From Candidatus Bathyarchaeota archaeon (GTDB lineage: Archaea > Thermoproteota > Bathyarchaeia > TCS64), in assembly GCA_963769425.1 (NCBI GenBank), contig CAVYLP010000003.1, forward strand, positions 227,705 to 291,704: 64,000 nucleotides of DNA. The letters run 5' to 3'. Both the position numbers and the translations under genes were made by a program. A model generated the notes under the pieces. The model made no database searches and was not told where the DNA came from. It saw nothing but the letters and a program-made list of their open reading frames with translations. Positions 29,267-38,716 of the stretch are shown piece by piece (position 1 is the stretch's first letter; each line of letters opens with the position of its first letter).

Positions 29267-29365
29267 GTGAACCTACAGACGCAGCCTCAGGCCTGTCCGA
29301 AGTGCGGGAATGCCCTCAAGCCCGGTCAGAAATTCTGCAACATTTGTGGCGCTCAGTTACAGTAG
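29267..29365 (+). CDS. 32-aa zinc-ribbon microprotein
   Basis: Manual translation (GTG start) MNLQTQPQACPKCGNALKPGQKFCNICGAQLQ; CPxCG and FCxxCG. Confidence 0.6.
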   Translation: MNLQTQPQACPKCGNALKPGQKFCNICGAQLQ

Positions 29366-29367
29366 GG

Positions 29368-29832
29368 CTACTTCCAGTCCCCGAGCGCCTTCCTTATGTC
29401 TAGTATCTTGCCGTAATGGTAGGCGTTATGCTCGACGATTATCATGAGCTCGCGCAGGTAGGTGTTCTCGGTCTGCGGGACCATCGAGAGAAGGTCGATC
29501 TCCGTGTTCTTCGCTAGTTTTATTGCCCTCCTCTGATCTTTGAAGAAGCCATCAAGCGACTTTTTCCACTCCTCATCTGTCGGTTTATGCCCTGTTTCGG
29601 GCCAGAATCCTATCGGCCACTCCGTAGGCTTCCAGTCTGGATCGAGTGCGAAGTCAAGGAGGTCCTTCTGCGCTCTGCGAATGTGCTCCAGCTCCTCGTA
29701 GACGGAGTGCAGGGCCTTGTTCGGTCTCACCCCTCTGAGTTCGGGTTTCATGCCGTCGAGCCCGGCCTTGTAGTCGACAAATGCCTGACCGCCCTTAAGC
29801 GATAACACGAGATGTTCTCTAAAAGCGTCCAT
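29368..29832 (-). CDS. DinB family protein
   Basis: HS.YEELEHI..AQ, EHNAYH.G..RKALG.W. Confidence 0.85.
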   Translation of the reverse strand: MDAFREHLVLSLKGGQAFVDYKAGLDGMKPELRGVRPNKALHSVYEELEHIRRAQKDLLDFALDPDWKPTEWPIGFWPETGHKPTDEEWKKSLDGFFKDQRRAIKLAKNTEIDLLSMVPQTENTYLRELMIIVEHNAYHYGKILDIRKALGDWK

Positions 29833-29895
29833 TCAATGCACCTGCCTAGGTGGTGGGTGCAGGATGGATATTAAAGTGAATATTGAGGTGGGAGT

Positions 29896-31098
29896 TTAGG
29901 CGCGCCACTCGCGACCGAGGACCTCGCGGCTGATGATGACTTTCTGTACGTTCGCCGCGCCCTCCGCGCCGATACAGTAGCTCATCAAGCCACGGAGACC
30001 CATCTCGAGGGGGCACTCCTTGGTGTAGCCGTAGGCGCCCATCCAGAGGAGGACCCTGCGGAACACGTCTAGCGCGTGGTGTGGTGCGAGGTACTTGCAC
30101 ATGCCGAGGTATTTGCTCACCTCGAGGGCATCGAAGGTGCCGTGCTTATACTTCTGGTCGAGCATCCATGCCGTCTTGTAGACGAGGCTCTTGATGGCCT
30201 CGTGGTGGGCCGCCATGTCAGCTAGGTCGAACTGCACTCCCTGGAACTTGGCGATCGGCTGGCCGAAGACCTGACGCTGCTTTATGTAATCCATGCCTAG
30301 CTCCATCGCACGTGAAGCCGCGCCTATGCAGCTGGCGGAGACCATGACGCGGGCCGCGTCGAAGCCCTCCATCGTGTAGTAGAAGCCCTTGCCCTCCTCG
30401 CCGAGGAGGTACTCCTTGGGGAGCTGGACGTCGGTCATCTTGAATCCGCCGGTGCTGATGGCCATCCTGCCCATGTTATCGAAGCGCTTCGTTATCTCGA
30501 CGCCTGGGGCGTTGATTGGCATGAATAGGGCGCTCATGCCCTTGTGGCCCTTCGCGCGGTCGGTGTAGCCGGAGACGAAGTAGCCGCCGTTGATCTCGGT
30601 GGCCTCGGCGGTGCCGCTGATGTAGCACTTCTCGCCGTTGAGGAGGTAGCCCTTGTCGTTTTTCTTGATCATCGTCTTGAAGCCGGCGACGTCACTGCCG
30701 CCCCCGGGCTCCGTGGCGCCGATCCCTATGAACGACTCACCTCTCGCCGCCTTGCGGAGGCACGCCTCTCTGACGGGCTCCTGCGCATACTTGTCGACGA
30801 CGAAGCCCCAGCTCGCCTGAACGAGGTAGAAGACGGGGGACGCTACGGAGATGTCGGCGTAGCCGAGCTCCTCGGCCCCGATGGTGGCCGTGATCCAGTC
30901 TGCGCCTGCGCCGCCGTGCTCCTCGGGCAGCGTGAGACAGAGAAGACCCAGGTCGCCGAGCCCCTTCATGAAGCTCTTAGGGATCTGGTGCTTCGTGTCG
31001 TTCTCCCTGACCTGCTCTAGTGTCAGGTTCTTCGAGAGCCAGTCCTTTACTGACTCGCGGAACAGCTGCTGCTCTTCGGTGAATGAGAAGTCTATCAA
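29896..31098 (-). CDS. Acyl-CoA dehydrogenase
   Basis: FSFTEEQ, TEPGGGSD, NGEK, RQVFG.PI..FQ, GAYGY; TTG start inferred. Confidence 0.94.
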   Translation of the reverse strand: MIDFSFTEEQQLFRESVKDWLSKNLTLEQVRENDTKHQIPKSFMKGLGDLGLLCLTLPEEHGGAGADWITATIGAEELGYADISVASPVFYLVQASWGFVVDKYAQEPVREACLRKAARGESFIGIGATEPGGGSDVAGFKTMIKKNDKGYLLNGEKCYISGTAEATEINGGYFVSGYTDRAKGHKGMSALFMPINAPGVEITKRFDNMGRMAISTGGFKMTDVQLPKEYLLGEEGKGFYYTMEGFDAARVMVSASCIGAASRAMELGMDYIKQRQVFGQPIAKFQGVQFDLADMAAHHEAIKSLVYKTAWMLDQKYKHGTFDALEVSKYLGMCKYLAPHHALDVFRRVLLWMGAYGYTKECPLEMGLRGLMSYCIGAEGAANVQKVIISREVLGREWRA

Positions 31099-31247
31099 CG
31101 TTACAACCCTCTGTTTTTGCTGTCTGAGCGCCCCGACGATATTTAAGCACTTCGTCATGAGACGAATACGGGTTCGACGTGAGACGATTCCATTCTTCGG
31201 CAACGATTAATACCCAATCGGACCAAGCTTGAGGCGTGGGTTTCCTG

Positions 31248-32417
31248 ATGAAGATACTTGTACTCGGGATGGGCCTAATGGGGCCGACCGTCGCCAAGGA
31301 TTGTGCCGGCGACAAGCGTGTGGAGAAGGTAACGGGCTGCGACATCGACGAGTCGAAGCTGCAGGCGGCTAAGAAGTACGTTGACAGCAAGAAGTTCGAC
31401 ACGAAGAAGGCGGACTTGACAAGCCACGAGTCGCTCGTCGCCGCTATGAAGGGCTACGACGTCGTGGTGAACGCTTCCTCTGCGAAGTTCAGCATGGGCG
31501 TCCTAAAGGCCGCCATGGAAGCGAAATGTAACGTGGAGGATCTCGCCGGCGGAGGATATCCGCTCGACGGCCCCATCTACAAGGAGGTGGAGAAGGCCGG
31601 GATCACAGCCATCCCCGGGAGCGGCGTCGACCCGGGCCTCATTGACCTTCTTTGCGGGCAGGCGATGGAGTACATGGACGATGTGGAGGACGTTAACTTC
31701 GCCTGCGGCGGCCTACCAAAGGACCCTAAGCCACCGCTCGACTACAAGATAGTCTTCGGCGGCACCCGGATGCCCATACGCCCCGGCAAGGTCCCAATGA
31801 TCGTAGACGGCAAGGTCCAAGAGATGGATAGATACAGCGAGGTCGAAGGCATCTTCGTCAACCAATACCCGGAGATGGAAGCATTCATCGACGGCTTCCC
31901 CTCCAGCCTCCTCAACCTCTGCCAGGAGAAGAAGGTCAAAAACTTCCGCGGCAAAACGATCAGGTACAGCGGCTTCGTTGACAAGCTCATGTTTCTCCTC
32001 GACCTCGGCGTTATCAGTAGCAAGCCAATCACCTACCAAGGGCGGGAGATCGTGCCCATTGACCTCTTCCACGAGCTCGTCTACCCCATCATAAAGTTCG
32101 ACGAGGCAGCGGGGGACAGGGACATCACCGTCCTACAGGTAAGCGTATCTGGGAAGAAGGGCGGGATCGATATCGACGTCAACTACGAGATGCTTGATGA
32201 GTACGACGAGAAGGCCGGTGTGACCTCGATGGCGAAGACCACGGGCTTCACCGCCGCCATAATCGCCCGTATCCTCGGAAGCGGCGCAGTAAAGAAGAAG
32301 GGCATACAGTGGCCCGTAAGAGTCATCAGGGGCGAACTATTTGAGGAACTCCTAAGCAGCCTCAGGGAGAGAGGCGTCGAGATAACAGAGACTATTACGA
32401 AGACCCGTGGCGTCTAA
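31248..32417 (+). CDS. Saccharopine dehydrogenase / lysine 6-dehydrogenase family
   Basis: GMGLMG Rossmann, GVDPGL, CGGLP, KTIRY, TSMAKTTG. Confidence 0.88.
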   Translation: MKILVLGMGLMGPTVAKDCAGDKRVEKVTGCDIDESKLQAAKKYVDSKKFDTKKADLTSHESLVAAMKGYDVVVNASSAKFSMGVLKAAMEAKCNVEDLAGGGYPLDGPIYKEVEKAGITAIPGSGVDPGLIDLLCGQAMEYMDDVEDVNFACGGLPKDPKPPLDYKIVFGGTRMPIRPGKVPMIVDGKVQEMDRYSEVEGIFVNQYPEMEAFIDGFPSSLLNLCQEKKVKNFRGKTIRYSGFVDKLMFLLDLGVISSKPITYQGREIVPIDLFHELVYPIIKFDEAAGDRDITVLQVSVSGKKGGIDIDVNYEMLDEYDEKAGVTSMAKTTGFTAAIIARILGSGAVKKKGIQWPVRVIRGELFEELLSSLRERGVEITETITKTRGV

Positions 32418-32629
32418 GCTACTACAGACGCTGGGGCCGGCGTCGGCTCCTTCCTTCTATAATACAGGTAGATGCCCACCGCGAGGATGGCGGGCACATG
32501 GAATATGCATACCTCGAATATCGGGTCCATGAACATGTACGCCGAGCGCTGAACAACGAACAGTACCACTGATATTAGGCCGAGTATGATGGCAGTCGTC
32601 CTCCAGGAGTTAAGGTCCGTAGGGTTCAA
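32414..32629 (-). CDS. Small two-TM membrane protein
   Basis: 71 aa, two hydrophobic segments, basic cluster after TM2. Confidence 0.6.
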   Translation of the reverse strand: MNPTDLNSWRTTAIILGLISVVLFVVQRSAYMFMDPIFEVCIFHVPAILAVGIYLYYRRKEPTPAPASVVA

Positions 32630-32672
32630 CGGCTATGAGTGACAGCTTCCGGGGTAAAAAGGCTTCACCGGG

Positions 32673-32915
32673 TCAGCGCAGGTCGACGAGTGGGATGTCC
32701 TGGTGTGAGCCGTCGGGCAGCGTCCTCCTGATGGTCATGGGGAGGACCCCCTCGTTTAGCTCCGCTAACGCGATGTCGATCGGGTCGCTGACCCTTTGTG
32801 GTAGTTCGACCAAGATTGGTGCCCCCAGCGATACCTGTAGCGCGCGTGCGCCTACGATCCTCGCCCTCTCGAAGCGCGTGAGCTTCGGCGGGCCAATCAT
32901 GACGTTTCCACTCAT
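32673..32915 (-). CDS. rpoK: RNA polymerase subunit K (Rpo6)
   Basis: [29 protein letters not shown]. Confidence 0.96.
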   Translation of the reverse strand: MSGNVMIGPPKLTRFERARIVGARALQVSLGAPILVELPQRVSDPIDIALAELNEGVLPMTIRRTLPDGSHQDIPLVDLR

Positions 32916-33105
32916 CGTATTTACCTTCACAAAGCATAGATCTTAGGCAGCGCGTTAAGTGTGCAGGATGCGGTTCGACCGGAGTCATGTTCACACAAAG
33001 TTGCCACCACGAAACTAACCTAGCAAACCAGATACTCTCAATATAAACATGCCTATTAACCTTTCAGAATTAACACTAATCTGAAAATTGGGTGGGACGC
33101 CAAGT

Positions 33106-34020
33106 CTACTTCTCAGCTACAACCTTGTTCTTGATGGAGCCGATCTTCTCGACGCCCACCTCGACTATGTCTCCGGGTTTGAGGAGGCCGAGCGGGTGAG
33201 CCATGCCAACGCCCGATGGGGTGCCTGTGGCGAAAATGTCACCGACCTCGAGGGTTATCCCCGCGGACAGGGTGGCGACAATCTTCTTGAGGTTGAAGAT
33301 CATGTCACTAGTATTCGTGTGCTGCCTCTCCTCACCGTTGACCTTGCACCAGAGATCAAGGTCCTGCGGGTCGCCGACTTCGTCCCTCGTCACGATCCAG
33401 GGGCCCATTGGGGCGAACGTGTCGAGGCTCTTTCCCCTGTACCACTGCTGGTGCTTCGACTGCAGGTCCCTGGCGGAGACGTCGTCGAAAGCCATATAGC
33501 CGGCGATATAGTCGTAGACCTTCTCCTCGGGGATATTCTTCCCCTTCTTCCCGATGACGAAGGCGAGCTCAGCCTCGTAGTCGAGCTTTTCGGTGACCTT
33601 CGGGTAGATTATGTTATCGTAGGGTCCCGTTACAGCGGTTGGAGGCTTTGTGAAGTAAATTGGTACTGGCGGCAGGTTTGGTGCTGCTCCACCCTTGCTC
33701 CCCTCCTTCACGTGCTCAGCGTAGTTCAGCCCAAGACAGACGATGTTTTTTCTCGGCCTCGGTATCGGGGCCATCAGTTTCGCTTTCTTGAGGGGGGTGA
33801 GATATTTGGAGCCTTCTGCGGCTTTCATCGCCTTCTTCGCCTCGACCAGACCCCTGGAGCCAAGGTCGAGGAAACCGAGCATGTCGAGAGGAGCGACCTT
33901 TACGCTCTTGAACGAGTCTCCGAGATGCGCCTTGAAGGCTGCATTTAGGTCGAGCACATCGTCGCCTACGACTGCGCCGATACTGATGTTTTTCCCGAAT
34001 CGATAGGTTACGAGTTTCAT
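33106..34020 (-). CDS. Fumarylacetoacetate hydrolase family protein
   Basis: GLNYAEH, FTKP, DYEAEL, DVSARD, TGTPSGVG. Confidence 0.94.
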   Translation of the reverse strand: MKLVTYRFGKNISIGAVVGDDVLDLNAAFKAHLGDSFKSVKVAPLDMLGFLDLGSRGLVEAKKAMKAAEGSKYLTPLKKAKLMAPIPRPRKNIVCLGLNYAEHVKEGSKGGAAPNLPPVPIYFTKPPTAVTGPYDNIIYPKVTEKLDYEAELAFVIGKKGKNIPEEKVYDYIAGYMAFDDVSARDLQSKHQQWYRGKSLDTFAPMGPWIVTRDEVGDPQDLDLWCKVNGEERQHTNTSDMIFNLKKIVATLSAGITLEVGDIFATGTPSGVGMAHPLGLLKPGDIVEVGVEKIGSIKNKVVAEK

Positions 34021-34082
34021 GCCAATCCCTTAATGCAACATGCTCGGGTTTTTAACACCATACGGTAAACGGTAGGATCGAG

Positions 34083-34472
34083 ATGGAAATCAAGACACAC
34101 GAGGAGATTTCGCAGACGCTTGTTGGTATCCCACTAGAGGTCGTGGACGGGGTTAGGGCTGTTGCGGAGCTAACCGCGACTGGTGAGATGGCTGCGGACT
34201 CGACTGGACTCATCCATGGGGGATTCACCTTCGGCCTCGCAGACTACGCCGCGATGCTCGCAGTCAATCACCCGAACGTGGTGCTCGGCCAGGCTCAAGC
34301 GAAGTTCACCGCACCAATCCGTGTCGGTGAGACGATGAAGGCCGAGGCCATTGTCACGAAGAGAGAGGGGAGAAAAAGTGAGGTGAACGTCGAGGTTAAG
34401 GTGGGGGACAGGAAGGTATTCACTGGGTCGTTTACCTGCTATACTCTCGACAAACACGTTCTTGATATATGA
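34083..34472 (+). CDS. PaaI-family thioesterase
   Basis: GLIHGGF.FGLADYAAM hot-dog motif. Confidence 0.9.
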   Translation: MEIKTHEEISQTLVGIPLEVVDGVRAVAELTATGEMAADSTGLIHGGFTFGLADYAAMLAVNHPNVVLGQAQAKFTAPIRVGETMKAEAIVTKREGRKSEVNVEVKVGDRKVFTGSFTCYTLDKHVLDI

Positions 34473-34539
34473 CTGGAAATCGATGCAAAAAAATAGGCTA
34501 ATTCTTTTATATTGCCCGTCGTTAATAGACGGCATTCAG

Positions 34540-34932
34540 GTGCGATCAAAATTGACAATCGTTATCGACCCCTCAAAGGAAGGTCTCGAAAAAGTCCTCA
34601 GGGACTACCAGATCGAGGCACTGCAGATCATCTGGAACAGCGACAATAAGGGCATGACCTCACGCGAGGTCTACCAGGCGGTCAACAAGTCGCTCGGGAG
34701 TAAGACAATCTCAAGGGCCTCCATAATCAACTTCCTCAACGATATGTGCGACGAGGGAGTCCTGAAGTACGAGGAGGAGACCTGCAAGGGCGGGACCCGT
34801 AGGAAGTACTTCACCGGACTTGACGAGCTTGGTTTCAAGAAACATGTGGCCAAGGTTGTATTCAAGAGTCTCATGAAGGACTTCCCTGTGCAGACAAGGG
34901 AAGCCGTCGAGGAAGTCATCAACGACAACTAG
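34540..34932 (+). CDS. Winged-HTH regulator (BlaI/MecI/CopY-like)
   Basis: LQIIW...TSREVY...SRASIINFLNDM; CCGTC-N7-GACGG palindrome just after the TATA box. Confidence 0.78.
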   Translation: MRSKLTIVIDPSKEGLEKVLRDYQIEALQIIWNSDNKGMTSREVYQAVNKSLGSKTISRASIINFLNDMCDEGVLKYEEETCKGGTRRKYFTGLDELGFKKHVAKVVFKSLMKDFPVQTREAVEEVINDN

Positions 34933-34983
34933 GCGAGAAAGCCTAAGCTTCTTTTAATCTGTAACATCACTCTTCTCCCAGAT

Positions 34984-35196
34984 ATGCGTATTATCGTCGA
35001 CGTCAAGGCCGAGTCCCGGGAGGAGAGCGTGGAGGAGATAGGCGAAGGCCACTACCTTGTGAGGGTTAAGGAGCCCCGCAAGAAGGGGAAGGCGAACGTA
35101 GCTGTCCTCAAACTGCTGAAGAAGCATCTGGGTAAACAGGTCGCTCTCGTCTCTGGGGCGACTTCGACCACAAAGATCATTGAGGTCGAGGAGTAA
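34984..35196 (+). CDS. DUF167 (YggU-like) protein
   Basis: VRVKEP..GKAN, SGATS..K. Confidence 0.88.
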   Translation: MRIIVDVKAESREESVEEIGEGHYLVRVKEPRKKGKANVAVLKLLKKHLGKQVALVSGATSTTKIIEVEE

Positions 35197-35229
35197 GGAA
35201 CTTAAACACAAGAGGGGAAACGTGGAGGC

Positions 35230-35865
35230 ATGACAAAGATAACCGAGCGCATCAGGGGCGTAGCAGTCTCCCTCGCAGACGGCCTCAGCACCATGGTCTA
35301 TATACTCAAATGCGAGGGGGGGCTCATTCTTATAGACGTCGGCTTCACCCCCCTCTGCATCGAGAATATCGATGCAGAGCTGCGCGATATGGGGGAGAAG
35401 TGGGACAGCATTAAGCTCATACTCATCACACACGCCCACGGCGACCACATAGAGAACCTCCAAAAGGTCCTCGAACTCACAGGCCACCCAGAGGTGATGC
35501 TTGGAGCAGGAGACATGGACGCGCTGAAAGAACAGACAGGCGTTGAGGCTGACATGGGTTTAGAGCAAGGCGACATCATCGACGCCTGCGGTGGCATAGA
35601 AATTATAAACGTACCAGGCCACTCCGAGGGCAACCTTACCTATTATATCCGCGAGGAGAAGGCTATGATAGTCGGGGACACAATCTTCGGCGACGATGAC
35701 GGAAATCTCTACACCCCACCCGCTAAGTACAGTGACGATGCCGAAATGGCGAAACGGGAGATCAAGAAGCTACTCGACTACGATTTCGACAAACTCCTCC
35801 TTGCACATGGTAAGAATATACTTAGAAACGCGAAAGAGGAAGTCGAGAAACTGGCGAACTCCTAA
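35230..35865 (+). CDS. Metallo-beta-lactamase-fold hydrolase
   Basis: THAHGDH, PGHSEG, VGD, AHG. Confidence 0.92.
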   Translation: MTKITERIRGVAVSLADGLSTMVYILKCEGGLILIDVGFTPLCIENIDAELRDMGEKWDSIKLILITHAHGDHIENLQKVLELTGHPEVMLGAGDMDALKEQTGVEADMGLEQGDIIDACGGIEIINVPGHSEGNLTYYIREEKAMIVGDTIFGDDDGNLYTPPAKYSDDAEMAKREIKKLLDYDFDKLLLAHGKNILRNAKEEVEKLANS

Positions 35866-36158
35866 CCGAGCGCAGCTATTACATCTTTGACAACTTTGCC
35901 CGGTTCGAGGCCGAGTTGCTTCGCCTTTGTTGTTGCAGCCTTTATCGGGGCGTTGAGGACATCGTCAAAGGTCTTCACTCCGCTCACGATGGCTGCAGCG
36001 GAGCCGAACTTCTCGGCGGCTTCTATATTGAGGTAACCGCACATGACGTAGCCCTTGGCTCCCTTGATTAGGAGGAGTGGTGGCGCGTTCTCGGGTAGCG
36101 TCGACTTCATCGCCTGGAAAGTTTTACCTCCGATCTCAATCTTCTCGATCTCAAACAT
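35862..36158 (-). CDS. YunC/DUF1805 family protein
   Basis: KGYVMCGYLNI, AAIVSGV..FDD.L. Confidence 0.88.
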   Translation of the reverse strand: MFEIEKIEIGGKTFQAMKSTLPENAPPLLLIKGAKGYVMCGYLNIEAAEKFGSAAAIVSGVKTFDDVLNAPIKAATTKAKQLGLEPGKVVKDVIAALG

Positions 36159-36313
36159 ATCTAGTCGATAGATGAGGCTTGGATCTGGAGATTTAACCTC
36201 TTCGGGGTTAGCCACAGGTGTAAAAACCCATTTTTTTTTATTTATGAACAGTGGCAAAAATTATAGGAACAGGTCCACTGGAGTTGTAGAACTCTTGAAC
36301 GACTACATGTTCA

Positions 36314-36550
36314 TCGATTCCTAGTGGCAGGTGCAAAAAGTGATGAATTTCCGGGATACCACCCTACTAGGAATCCACACCCAACCAGCCAGTGAGCCAT
36401 ACCACCCTACTAGGAATCAGATTCCTAGTGGCAGGTATCAGAGGGTCGAGGTGAGCACTCCGCGATTCCACCCTACTAGGTATGGGATTCCTACCCACAG
36501 GTGCGAGTCATACCATGCTACTAGGAATCCGGTTCCTAGTGGCAGGAATC
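36314..36550. repeat. Array I: eight 19-21-bp quasi-palindromic units, three arranged as head-to-head pairs
   Basis: Units start at 36316, 36355, 36398, 36420, 36464, 36486, 36509 and 36531; e.g. CATACCACCCTACTAGGAATC-A-GATTCCTAGTGGCAGGTATC. Confidence 0.9.
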
Positions 36551-36783
36551 CACGCGGGGTTAGTTGCCATGAGGAAATTCCACTATTTAATCGCCCTAAA
36601 GGGACACAGGAAGATCCATTCGGGGCTTTCGCACTATCTATTCACTATAGATACACGAGTTCGCCCTGTAATTTTGATTTTTTTCGCAGCTTTTTAACCC
36701 CCACTCGTCGAGGTCCAGAACAAATAATAATCGGTTAACTGTTGTTAATTAAAATAGAGCTAAAAAGGCTAGCTTTAAGGAAC

Positions 36784-37020
36784 TCAGCCGGATTTCGATT
36801 TGAACATGGTGAAACCGCAGTTTCCGCATGTGTAGCGGTCACCGTGGTCGGCCATGAAGTATCCGCGCCCACACCTGTTGCAGAAGGGCCTCTTCCTCTC
36901 CAACTTACCGTCCTTGATCTCGTACTTCTTGTAGATCGAGTCGGCGCCCTTCTTCGGCTTCTTCTCAGCCGGTTTCTTATCCGCGGGCTTCTTGCCCTGT
37001 GGTGGTGGTGTTTGAGCCAT
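36784..37020 (-). CDS. rps27ae: 30S ribosomal protein S27ae (eS31)
   Basis: [21 protein letters not shown]. Confidence 0.96.
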   Translation of the reverse strand: MAQTPPPQGKKPADKKPAEKKPKKGADSIYKKYEIKDGKLERKRPFCNRCGRGYFMADHGDRYTCGNCGFTMFKSKSG

Positions 37021-37364
37021 TACTTCTTCTCCTCCTCAGGCGCAGCGGGGGCGGCGGCGGTGGCGGGCTTCTCCTCGGCCTTCACGGCCTCCTTCCCCTT
37101 GTTGCGGATGATGATATACTTGGGCTCCACTGCCTCCGCCGTCGCCGCGTCGTTATAGACGTGGGCGAGGCCAGTCGTCACCCTTGTACCAGACTTCGCC
37201 TCCAAGACGCGGACGTAGACGTTATCGAGCTCGGTCCTCATTAGGACCGAGATCTCACGCCTGACATCGGCTCTGCTCGGAGTGGAGGCCTCAGTAACCT
37301 TGAAGGCTAACTCCTTTCTACCAACCACCTTGTTGATCTTGGTGGATGTTAACTCCAGCTTCAC
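37020..37364 (-). CDS. rps24e: 30S ribosomal protein S24e
   Basis: [23 protein letters not shown]. Confidence 0.94.
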   Translation of the reverse strand: MKLELTSTKINKVVGRKELAFKVTEASTPSRADVRREISVLMRTELDNVYVRVLEAKSGTRVTTGLAHVYNDAATAEAVEPKYIIIRNKGKEAVKAEEKPATAAAPAAPEEEKK

Positions 37365-37367
37365 TGT

Positions 37368-37853
37368 CTATTTCATCTCCATTCGGTTGAGGAATCCCCT
37401 CGCCCAGTCCCGCCTCTCGTCGGAAACGGTCACTACAACAAGCCCCTCGTGGGGCTGGCCGTAGGCTATCACCGATCCGATAGGCATCTCAGCCAACAGC
37501 GGGAGGACCAGGAGGTCCTCTTCACCTTCCACGACTACCGCCACCCGCCTTTTAAGCGTTACCGCGGCCCGGAGGACGAGCCAAGCCTCCGCGTTGATCG
37601 TCGCCGCCTCGTTGGGGACGTGTATCTCCTTCAAACCATGCTCGACCGGCTCGACTACGGCCCTGAGCGTCTTGCCATCAACCACAACGATATCGGGGAA
37701 CAGCCCGGCGCAGATGAGGTTGGCCGCGACGAAGTCCCCGACAACTGCGAGGAGCGGTGGCTTTACCTTGAGCTTCTCCTTGAGACGGACGGCTGTATCC
37801 TTCGGCTCACCTCGGTAAAGTTCGCCGAGGGGCGTCTTCAACTCGATACGCAT
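37368..37853 (-). CDS. GTP-dependent dephospho-CoA kinase (DUF359)
   Basis: LK.PLG, VGD, DGKT.R, GEEDLL, YGQP.EG; position between spt4 and rps24e. Confidence 0.92.
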   Translation of the reverse strand: MRIELKTPLGELYRGEPKDTAVRLKEKLKVKPPLLAVVGDFVAANLICAGLFPDIVVVDGKTLRAVVEPVEHGLKEIHVPNEAATINAEAWLVLRAAVTLKRRVAVVVEGEEDLLVLPLLAEMPIGSVIAYGQPHEGLVVVTVSDERRDWARGFLNRMEMK

Positions 37854-37905
37854 AGATTCGGGTAGAAGCAGAGTCTTGATCTGGGGGAGGCTTGGATCCT
37901 TGTTC

Positions 37906-38091
37906 TTAGCGTATCTTGAGGGCGTAACGCCCCGCCTCTTTGATCTTCATCTTCTCAGCCAACTGGCTCTTGGATGGGTCGAGTATGATGACAAATCCGA
38001 GGAAGTCCTCGCTTAGCTCCGAGCCCTTGCAGACAGGGCAGACGTTCTCGTCGGTAATTATCTTACAAGTTCTGCAGGCTTTGAGTGGCAT
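37906..38091 (-). CDS. spt4: Transcription elongation factor Spt4 (RpoE2)
   Basis: ACRTC...CPVC...SQLA...GRYALK. Confidence 0.95.
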   Translation of the reverse strand: MPLKACRTCKIITDENVCPVCKGSELSEDFLGFVIILDPSKSQLAEKMKIKEAGRYALKIR

Positions 38092-38666
38092 TACTTCTTC
38101 TTCTCCTCCTTGGGGGCATCCATCGCTTTGACCTCTGCGTCGATCCAATCGATCTTGCCGAGCATCGGCTGGCGAGCCGTGACACCGATCTTGCCTGAGC
38201 TCCTGCCCTTGGGGAAACTGACGGCGACCATCCTCACCCTGAAGAGGTCACCCCTCTGAATGGTTCGCCCGCTCTCCTTGCCGAGGAGGATGCCCTGCCT
38301 CTCATCGTAGCTGATGAAGTCATCCATCAACTGGCTGACGTGTAGCAGCGCGTCCACCGGCCCGATCCTGAGGAAGGTACCGAAGTCAGCGACCTCGACC
38401 ACCTCGCCCTCAACAATCTCTTGTAGCTGTGGGAAGAAGGTCATGATGCTGAAGGTAACCTGATGGTGTGTCCCACCGTCACCTGGAACGATGCGACCTA
38501 TGGGGTTGACCTCGACCTTGATGACCGAGATGACGTAACCGAGGTCCTCGTCGACGAGCCCCTCGTATTTACCGCGTAGCTCCTCGTAAGCTGCGGCGTC
38601 GAGTGGCTGGCCGAACTTGTTTGGACTTATCCTGATGGTGTCCTTAAGGGTGACTAGGTTGAACAT
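38091..38666 (-). CDS. rpoE1: RNA polymerase subunit E' (Rpo7)
   Basis: PGDGG, GPVDALLHVSQ, RQP.LGKIDW. Confidence 0.96.
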   Translation of the reverse strand: MFNLVTLKDTIRISPNKFGQPLDAAAYEELRGKYEGLVDEDLGYVISVIKVEVNPIGRIVPGDGGTHHQVTFSIMTFFPQLQEIVEGEVVEVADFGTFLRIGPVDALLHVSQLMDDFISYDERQGILLGKESGRTIQRGDLFRVRMVAVSFPKGRSSGKIGVTARQPMLGKIDWIDAEVKAMDAPKEEKKK

Positions 38667-38716
38667 CGCATCGCCTCAATTTAGCCGGGGTTGATTCATA
38701 AAAACGTTCCTGAAGC

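Noticed and set aside
36274-36283. ORB-like TCCACTGGA suggesting oriC
   Set aside because: Single short match, no G-string, no second ORB and no cdc6/orc1 in the window.
36331-36738. ORFs across array I
   Set aside because: Peptides are by-products of the DNA repeat, in several frames, with no protein-like features.
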